Shown here in pieces: positions 39,227 through 48,300 of a stretch of DNA of 64,000 nt. Under the pieces are notes generated by a model, which made no database searches, was not told the origin of the DNA, and saw only the letters and a program-made list of their open reading frames with translations. Numbering within the stretch: the stretch's first letter is position 1; each line of letters opens with the position of its first letter. Position numbers and translations under genes: made by a program. The stretch lies in contig CAYNRE010000076.1 of the NCBI GenBank assembly GCA_964399535.1, positions 22,937 through 86,936 on the forward strand, in the 5' to 3' direction. This stretch comes from an uncultured Pirellulales bacterium. GTDB taxonomy: Bacteria > Planctomycetota > Planctomycetia > Pirellulales > CAYNRE01.

Positions 39227-40001
39227 GGGCTACGCCTCGTAGTGAGTAGGGGCAACAACTTCCAGGAAAGCAACTGCGGGCGACCAACCAACTGCCGGGC
39301 CAACTTCGCGATACAAACCAAACCGCCCTGCTACGCGTGTCGGTCCGGGTACGAACGGGCATACGATGGGCGTGCCGACACTCGGCGCCGCGGCCCCGCC
39401 CGCCGCGCTAAGCGACAAGCAAGGCTCTCGCGCTTCGAATGCCGTCCGCAATACGTGCAACCGGCCGCCACACTCTCGTGCCGACCATGCCGCCTGGGAT
39501 ATCTCTGTTCCGCAATCTCGATCCGCAATCTCGTTCCGAGACTCAATCCGCAACCGGCCGATCAACGGCCGGCTCTTGCGCCTGGCACCTTGGGAGGAGT
39601 CGGCCTGCGCTATTTCCGAGTCGCGCAGACGATTTCGATGTCCCCACACCTAGCCACCCAAACACCGGCGATGGGTTGTCGGCCCCTGACGAAAGCCCGT
39701 CGCTGGCTTGGTGCCCTGGCAGCAAGACGAGTGCTGCGCTCCACTTGGCGAGCCCCTAGCCTCTCTGGACCCGACCACCAGCAGCAACCCGGCCCTTGGG
39801 CCTCGAGAAGCCGCTTCCGGACGGTCGCTACAGGCCCTAGGGTCACTAGAGGCCGCAAAGTCCTCTCATCTTAGTCCGCTCCGCGTGCCAAGCGAAATAG
39901 TTTGATACGAAATTTTCGTTAGAAAACCATCTCGGCGGCCCGTTGTCGACATCCTGGTGGGGGGAAACCGGCCGCGGGTTTCCGCCAACGAGCCCCGCCG
40001 C

Positions 40002-40763
40002 TTAGCCAGCGGGTTTTCCTCGCATCCGCCGCGCCGAGAGCGGCGAGACCACCCATTGTTCTCCCGTGGTGTCCAGCGGCAGCGAGAGGGCCATCAAAAT
40101 CACTTCGGCCACCCGCACCGGCGGCAGCGCCCCGGGAGGGGGCGGAACCGGGCCGTTTTGTTGCCAAAGCGGCGTGTCGATGGCGTCGGGCAACACCACC
40201 TGAACGCGAATCCCCAGCCCACGGACCTCTTCGGCAATCGACTCCGAAAGGCTGATGACCCCCGCCTTCGACGCGCTATAGACCGAGTCGAGCGGACGAG
40301 CCTTGCGGCCGCTGGTCGAAGCCAAATTGATAATCTGCCCGGCTTTGCGCGCCACCAAGTGCCGTAGCACCGCCCGGTTGATGAGAAAGGTGCCCTTGAG
40401 ATTGGTGCCGACGACCAGTTCGTATTCCTCGTCGTCGACCTCGACGAGCGGCCGCGGGCGCACCCCCGACGGCCTGAGAATTCCGGCGCAGTGCACCAGG
40501 GCATCGATCTGGCCAAATCGCTCGATCGTCTGATCGACCAGCCGCTGGCAGTCGTCGGCCGAGCGCAAATCGCCCGCCAGCCCCAGCACCTGGGCGCCGG
40601 CAATCTTCCCCAACGGCTCGACGGCGGCGCTGACGCGCTCGGGCCGCAGGTCGCAGATCGCAACACGGGCCCCCTGCGCCACGAGCAATTCGGCCGTGGC
40701 CAGGCCGATGCCGCTGGCAGCCCCGGTGACAAAAATAGACTGGTTTTTCAGGTCAATACTCAC
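40002..40763 (-). CDS. Short-chain dehydrogenase/reductase (FabG-like), 253 aa
   Basis: TGAASGIG, VHCAG, NLKG, YSASK. Confidence 0.92.
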   Translation of the reverse strand: MSIDLKNQSIFVTGAASGIGLATAELLVAQGARVAICDLRPERVSAAVEPLGKIAGAQVLGLAGDLRSADDCQRLVDQTIERFGQIDALVHCAGILRPSGVRPRPLVEVDDEEYELVVGTNLKGTFLINRAVLRHLVARKAGQIINLASTSGRKARPLDSVYSASKAGVISLSESIAEEVRGLGIRVQVVLPDAIDTPLWQQNGPVPPPPGALPPVRVAEVILMALSLPLDTTGEQWVVSPLSARRMRGKPAG

Positions 40764-40840
40764 GGGAAGGCGTCCTGCGGGTCAATCGAGAGGGAGTTGC
40801 AAACAGCCATTTTCAAGAGCTCACCAGACCGGTTCGAGCG

Positions 40841-41665
40841 CTAAGTACCGGTCTCTGGCGGGCGCTGCCAGGCCCGCGGCCGGATCGGTACCAAAAGGGG
40901 CGAGTCCCACTGAGATTGTCCCGGCGCCGCTAGTAGCTCGGCTACCAACCGGCCAACCTCCTCGGGGAGCAGCGAGCCTTGTTTGTTGAGCTGTGTGCCG
41001 GCAATCATGCCCGTCTCGACCACATCGGGCAAGAACGAGAATACTCGCACCCCCTGGGGAGCCACCTCCGCGGCCAAGGCGTCGAGCAGCGCCAGCGCGG
41101 CACGCTTCGAGGCGCAATACCCGGCCCCGAAGCCCAGCCCGCGACGGGCTGCCCGGGCCGAGGAGATATTGACGATCTGTCCGCGTTGCTGGGCCACCAT
41201 CCGCTGGGCAGCCGCACGCACCGTGTAGAACACTCCCCGCAAGTTGGTGTCGAGAATGTCGTCCCAAACCGCTTCGTCGAGCTGGGCCACGGCCTGGGGC
41301 AGGTGGTGCGTCGACAGCGAACTGCGGGCGATGCCCGCGCTGGTGACCAGAATATCGACCCCGCCCAGCGCCTCATCGGCGCGTTGCCACAGCGCGTCGA
41401 TCGCCTCGCGACGGCGGACGTCGCAGCCGGAAAACCCGATGGAGCCTGGCATTTCGCTCACCGCTCGACCGACCTTGGCCCGGTCGCGGCTGGCGATGAG
41501 CAACCGGCAGCCTCGGCCGGCCAGTTCTCGGGCGATGGCCAGCCCGATGCCGCTGGCACCCCCGGTAATCACGGCCCGCTGACCCGCTAACGGGCCGAGC
41601 GGGGGCGGTAGCGGGCTAGTCGTTGGCCCGACCGAACTGGGTAACTGGTTGCCTGGTATCGACAC
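40841..41665 (-). CDS. Short-chain dehydrogenase/reductase (~274 aa)
   Basis: TGGASGIG, VTSAG, NLRG, YCASK. GTG 41665 preceded by a G-rich SD is chosen as start (the ORF is open to 41737). Confidence 0.9.
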   Translation of the reverse strand: MSIPGNQLPSSVGPTTSPLPPPLGPLAGQRAVITGGASGIGLAIARELAGRGCRLLIASRDRAKVGRAVSEMPGSIGFSGCDVRRREAIDALWQRADEALGGVDILVTSAGIARSSLSTHHLPQAVAQLDEAVWDDILDTNLRGVFYTVRAAAQRMVAQQRGQIVNISSARAARRGLGFGAGYCASKRAALALLDALAAEVAPQGVRVFSFLPDVVETGMIAGTQLNKQGSLLPEEVGRLVAELLAAPGQSQWDSPLLVPIRPRAWQRPPETGT

Positions 41666-42303
41666 TACCACCCCCCCCACAGGACACACCGATTCGAGCA
41701 GGCCGGGTGGGGTCCGTCGCGCGGTTCGGACCGGCAACCAGACCCAAAAAACTGGGGCCTATCGAGCCCGGGCTGGGCACGCGCCGCAGCCGGGGCAGGA
41801 TACCGGTCGCGCGCGGCATACTCAACGTTGCTTTAAGAACCTTTAGCGCAGGAAATGCTTGTGTGTCGGGTTGACGGGGTTATGCTAGCTTTTGCCTTCT
41901 CGCCCGTATCGTTCGAGGTGCATTTGGTGGGGAACTCGACGGCCGGGTGGAAGGTACTCGCAGGACCATGGTCTGCCCAATCGCCAGGGTCGGTTGCGCG
42001 CTAAGCAAGGCAGGGCAACTACCCCAGCAACCCGCCGGGTCGCATCCCACCGATCGTCGGGCGTAAGCGCCAGTCGCAGAAAGCAGTAGGTAAGTCGTTG
42101 GCACGCTGGGCTCGCGAGGCGGTTTGCCGCTCGGGCCAAGTCGCTGCTCGCACTGGTCAACCGACCGGCGCCGGGCAAGCGCTCGCGGCGTGAGAACTTC
42201 CCATCACCAGCGGACGTTCTGCTCACATCGATTCGACGCCGAGAATGGCCCCACACGTGGGCGACTGGATGATTGCGCCACCGAGCCACTAGAGAGGACT
42301 CTC

Positions 42304-45300
42304 GTGCAACACAGCGCAGCGCGGGACGGACAGGAGACAGTACAGACCCCGCCGGGCGACCGACCATCAGGCTGCCCCCCACGAGCCCGCCTGGGCGAGG
42401 TGCTGGTTCTAGGCCCAGCCGGCGCCGCCGGATCGGGAATCGCGATCGCCGCTTCGCGCGCCGATGCCTGTGGGCTTTTGGACTGGACCTGTGCGCCGGA
42501 AGCCGTCTCGGCCGACGACGAATGCCTTGCCCCCTTGGTGACCGAAACCCGGCGCCTCGGCGCGCAAGCGGGCGAGCGATTCGGGTTGGTGCTGTGGGGC
42601 CGGCTGGGGATCGTTGAATCGGCCGCTCTGGCGGCGATCGATCGTTGCCACACGCTGCTGCTGGTGCCCACGACCGATCGTCACGAATTGGCCGAAGCCT
42701 ATGCGCGGGCGCGGCTGATCGCCTCTCGGGTGGGCCTCGTCGTGGCCGATTCCGCGCAGGCCGCTTGGGCCGCGGAACTGGGAGCCGACCTGGTGGTCGC
42801 CAAGGGGCATGAAGCCGGCGGTTTCGTGGCCGACGAAACCACGTTCGTCCTCGTGCAGCGGCTTTTGGCCTGGGGCCGGCTCCCGGTGATTGCCTGGGGG
42901 GGGATCGGCGTCCGTTCGGCCGCGGCCGTCAGCGTGGGAGGCGCCGCGGGGGTCGCGCTCGATTGGCCCTTGGCGCTGCTCGGCGAGTCGGCCCTGCCCC
43001 CTGGCTTCCGCAAGCGTCTGGCCAGCATGGATGGGAGCGAGACCGTGGCCGTGCGCGGGCCCGACGGTCGCTGGCTGCGGTTCTATCATCAGCCGGGCAT
43101 GACCGCCCTGGAGCGGCTGGAACGGCTGGCCGACGAATTGGCCACGGCCGACCAAGCCCCCGGCGAGAAGCTTCGCGCCTGGCGGCAAGTGGTGGGGGAA
43201 TTAGCCTCCCGGGCCGGCGAAAAAGATCGGCTCTGGACGACCGGGCAAGATGCCTGTTTCGCCGCCGGTTGGGCCCAGCGCTGCCCCTCGGTGGGGCGCT
43301 TCCTGCGCTTGTTTCGCGAGCAGACCGACCAGGCGCTGGCCGATTGCCGCGCCAGCCGGGTCCTGGCCGCCGGCAGCGAGCTGGCCCAATCGCACGGCAC
43401 CGAATTCCCCGTGGTTCAAGGGCCCATGACCCGGGTCAGCGACGTGGCCTCCTTCGCCCGCGCCGTGGCCGATGGCGGCGGGCTTCCCTTTTTGGCGCTG
43501 GCCCTGATGAGCGGCGGACAAGCCCGCCAACTGCTCAGCGAAACCAAGCAATTGCTCGGCCAGCTTCCCTGGGGCGTGGGCGTATTGGGCTTTGTGGGGC
43601 GCGAGCTGCGCGCTGAGCAGTTTGCCGCCATCGAAGAAGTAGCGCCCCCGTTTGCCATCATCGCCGGCGGGCGCCCCGACCAGGCTCAATCGCTCGAGGC
43701 CCGGGGTATCAAGACCTATCTGCACGTTCCCAGCCCGGGCATGCTCTCGATGTTCCTGGCCGAGGGAGCGCGGCGGTTCATTTTCGAAGGTCGCGAATGC
43801 GGCGGGCACGTGGGCCCACGCTCGAGCCTGGTGCTGTGGGAGACCATGATCCAGGTCTTGCTCGACGCGCCGCTCGACGAGGCACAGGCCCGCGGCGTTC
43901 ACGTGTTGTTCGCCGGTGGAATTCACGACGGGTTGGGGGCCGCCATGGTGGCGGCGCTGGCCCAGCCGTTGGTGGCGCGGGGGATGAAGGTCGGCGTGCT
44001 GCTGGGCACCGCCTATCTGTTCACGCGCGAGATCGTGGAGACCGGCGCGATTCTCGAGGGCTTTCAACAACAGGCCCTGGCGACCGAGCGTACCGTGCTA
44101 CTGGAAACCGGGCCCGGTCACGCCACGCGCTGCGCCGCGACCCATTTCTACGACGTTTTCGAGGAAGAGAAACGCTCGCTCCGTCGCCAACAATTGCCGG
44201 CCGAACAAGTCCGCGAAGAGCTGGAGAACCTGAACCTGGGGCGGCTCCGTATCGCCTCCAAGGGCATTACCCGCCGTACGAGCGAATCCTCGGGCCAGAG
44301 CGAGCTGGTCCACGTGGAAGCTGCCGAACAGGCCCGGGAAGGCATGTTCATGATCGGCCAGGTGGCCGCCCTGCGGCATGAGCCGACCACGGTTCGCCAG
44401 TTGCACCAGCAGGTCTGCGGCGGGGCCACCGAGCGCTTGGCCCAACTGGCCCCCCGGCCCGAGCCCGAGCGCTTCGAGCTGGTCTCTGAGCCGGCCCCGC
44501 CCCCGCTGGATATCGCCGTGATCGGCATGTCGTGCCTGCTGCCCGGCGCACATGACCTGACCCAGTACTGGCACAATATCCTTGCCAACCGCGACTTGCT
44601 CACCGAGATTCCCCAAGATCGCTACGAGTGGCAGCGGTGGTGGAACGAGGACCGCAAGGCCCGCGACAAAATCTACAGCCGTTGGGGCGGCTTCCTCGAC
44701 GACGTGGCGTTCGACCCGCTCAAGTACGGCATTCCCCCCTCGGCCCTCAAGAGCATCGAACCGATTCAACTGTTGGCCCTGGAGCTGGTCGACCGGGCCT
44801 TGCGCGATTCGGGCTACGATGCCCACAACCCACACAAAGACCGCACCGCCGTCATGTTCGGAGCCGGCGGCGGCATCGCCGAGTTGGGGGCCGGTTACGC
44901 GGTGCGCTCGATGCTGCCGCAGTACCTGGAAAACCCCGACGAGCGGCTCTGGTCGCAACTACCCGAGTGGACCGAAGACAGCTTTGCCGGCATTCTGATG
45001 AACGTGATCGCCGGCCGGGTGAGCAATCGCTTCGACCTGGGGGGTGTGAACTACACGGTCGACGCGGCTTGTGCCTCGTCGCTGGCCGCGATTTACCTGG
45101 CTTGCCGCGAACTGGCCGACGGGACCGCCGACCTGTGCATTACCGGCGGCGTCGACACGCTGCAAAGCCCGTTCAGCTACCTCTGTTTCGGCACGGCGGG
45201 CGCGCTCTCGCCCCGCGGCAAATCGCGCACCTTCGATGCCTCGAGCGACGGCATCGCCATTAGCGAAGGCCTGGCCGCCGTGGTGCTCAAGCGGCGGGCC

Positions 45301-48300
45301 GACGCCGAGCGCGACGGCGACCGCATTTACGCCGTCATCCGCGGCGTGGCCGGCGCATCCGACGGGCGGTCCAAGGGTATGACCGCCCCGCGCCACGAAG
45401 GACAGGTGCGCACCTTGCTGCGGGCCTATCGCCAGGCCCGCTTCAGCCCTGCTTCGGTCGATCATTTCGAGGCCCACGGCACTGGCACCTCGGTGGGCGA
45501 CATGACCGAATGCCTGTCGCTAACTCGAGCGCTTGAGTTGGCCGGCGCGGGGCCGGAGAATTCGGCCATCGGCAGCGTCAAATCGCAAATCGGCCATACC
45601 AAGTGCACCGCCGGCGTGGCCGGTTTGATCAAGTCGGCCTTGGCGCTCTACTACCGTGTGTTGCCGCCCACGCTGCACGTCGAACAGCCCAACCCCAAGG
45701 GGCGGCTCGTCGATGGGCCCTTGTATGTCAACAGCCAGGTCCGCCCCTGGATCGCCGGCCCCCAACCGCGGCGCGCCGGCGTCTCGTCGTTCGGCTTCGG
45801 CGGCACCAATTTCCATACGGTGCTCGAGGAATACACGGGCGAACCCGCTCCGGCCCAAGCCCGCATGGCCCGTCGCGAAATGGGTGCCGAACTGCTGCTG
45901 TTCGCCGCCAACGCGCCGGCCGGCCTGTTGCAAAAAGTGCGAAGCCTGGCCGATCCGCTCGCCCGGGCGGTTGCCGCGGGGCACGAACTATCGCTCGCCG
46001 ACCTGGCGGCAACCTGGCATCGCCGCCAATCGACGGCGCCCGAGGGGCCCCGCGCCGCCGTGGTGGCCACCAGCGTCGACGGCCTTCGCGAACAACTGAC
46101 CGCGCTGATCGCGCACTTGTCCGCACCCGGCGGAAACGGAAACCTGCCCGCCGGCGTGAGCTACCGGGCTCAGCCGTTGGCCACAGGCCAGCGGGTAGCG
46201 CTGCTTTTCCCGGGTCAGGGATCGCAGTTTCCCAACATGCTTCGCGACCTGGCCGTGCAGTTCCGCGAAGTGGCCGACGTTTTCAGCCTGGCCGATTCGG
46301 TGCTCGCCGGCGCCTGGTCCAAGCCGCTCAGCCGCCACGTCTTCCCGGTTCCGGCGTTTAATCCCCAGCAGCAGCGCAGCCAGGTCGAAGCGCTTAAGGC
46401 CACCGACGTACTTCAACCGGCGCTAGGCGCCTGTGGGCTGGCACTCTTGCGGCTGCTCGAGGGCCTGGGCGTTCGCGCCACCATGGCCGCGGGGCACAGC
46501 TATGGCGAGCTCGTGGCCCTGGCCGCGGCCGGCAGCCTCTCGCCCGAAAGCTTGCTGCGGCTGTCGCTAGCCCGGGGTCGCTCAATCGTCGAACTGGTTT
46601 CCAGCGGTCAACAGAAAGAATTGGGCCAAATGCTGGCTATCGCCGCGCCGGGGCCTGAAGTGGCCGATGCCCTGGCCGGCCTGCCCGAAGTATGGTTGGC
46701 GAACCTGAACAGCCCGCGGCAAACCATCGTGAGCGGCACGGCCTCGGGTCTGGCGGGGGTTCGGCAGCGGCTCGACGAGCGGAAGCTGGCCGCCACTCCC
46801 CTGCCCGTGGCCTGCGCCTTCCACAGCCCGTTGGTCGCCGCGGCCGGAGCCCGGTTTGCCGAGGCGCTTTCGCAAACCGAATTCCGCGCCCCGCGCTGGG
46901 AGGTGTTTGGCAACACCACGGCCGACGCATACCCCGACGATCCGGCCGTGATTCGCCGCCGCCTGACCGAGCACCTGACCAGCCAGGTGCGGTTCGTCGA
47001 ACAAATTGAAGCCATGTACGCCGCCGGGGCGCGGGTGTTCGTCGAGCTGGGCCCCAAGGGGGTGTTGAGCAAGCTGACCCGCGAAATTCTGGGCGATCGC
47101 CCTCACCTGGCCGTACCGCTGCAGCCGAGCGAAACCGACGGCGTGCGGCAACTCTTGGGCGGTCTGGCCGAATTGTTCGTCGCGGGGGTTCCGCTCGACC
47201 CAGAACGGCTGTATCAAGGCCGCGAATTGGCCACCTTGGACCTGGCCGCGCTGGCGCAGCCGAAGGCGCCGCCGGCCAAACACCTGTGGCTGATCAACGG
47301 CGGCTACGCGCGCCCGATTCACCAGCCCAAGCGGACCATGCCGCGCCGAGTTCGCCTGGTGGGCGAGGGGGAAGTCGCCGTGTCGGGCAGCGCGCCGGCC
47401 CCGGCTGCCGCGCCCGCGATCTCCGCGTCCGCCGGGCCGTCGATGGCTCCGGCGGCGAGCCCTGTTGCGGCCCCTCAGGCACCGGCTGTCGCCTCACTGC
47501 CCCTGGCCCCGGTCCCCGCCCAAGTTCCGGCGGTTTCCGCTGCCGCGGTTCCCATTCCCTCGGCCCCGAGTGCGGTCTCGGGCGACGCCCTGGTCGATTT
47601 CCAAGAGACGATGCGCTACTTCCTGGCCATGCAGGAAGCGGTGATGACCTCGTACTTCCAAGGGGCACCGGCCGCGGCTGCCCCCGCGGGCACGGTGATT
47701 CCCGTGGCCGCGCCGGCCGCTGCTGCGCCCCCGATCGCCGTCGCGTCGGTGCCCGCGCCGCAGGGGGTCGTCGCGCCAGCCGGGCCGCCGCAAGTGGTGC
47801 CCGCGGCGGCGCAAACGCCCCCTGCCCTCCCGCCGGTCGCCGTGGTGGTCAGCTCCCCGGCTGGGACCGAGCCGGCCGCCGACCGGGCCATGGCCGACGA
47901 GAACTCCTCGCAACCTGCCCTGGCACCGGCGCTCAGCCGCCAAGGACTGGGCGATCTGCTGGTGAACATTGTCAGCGAGCGCACCGGGTACCCCTCCGAC
48001 ATGCTTGAGATGAGCGCCAACCTCGAGGCCGATCTGGGGATCGACTCGATCAAACGGGTGGAAATTGTCGGCGCGTTCCGCCGCGCCGCCCTGCCCGAGT
48101 TGCAGGAGCCCCCGGCCTGGTTCATGGAAAAGGTGACCGGAGTCACCACGCTTCGCCAAATCGTCGATACGGTCGCGGAACTGGCAGGAGCCACGCAGGC
48201 GGGAACCGACGCCGCCACGCCCCCGCCTTCGACCGCGGCCACCGCCGAGGTTGCGACGGTCCGGGAAGAAGCGCTCGAAGAACTGTTGATGAACGTGGTC

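Noticed and set aside
39242-39874. 210-aa ORF in the intergenic gap, and the 165-aa ORF at 41885-42382
   Set aside because: No motifs, no SD, and composition typical of non-coding frames. Both lie in probable promoter regions.
42124-42303. TTG start at 42124 for the PKS (and ATG 51018 for PKS2)
   Set aside because: GTG 42304 has a clear SD and GTG 51111 has an SD plus a GTGA overlap. The longer extensions have no domain content.
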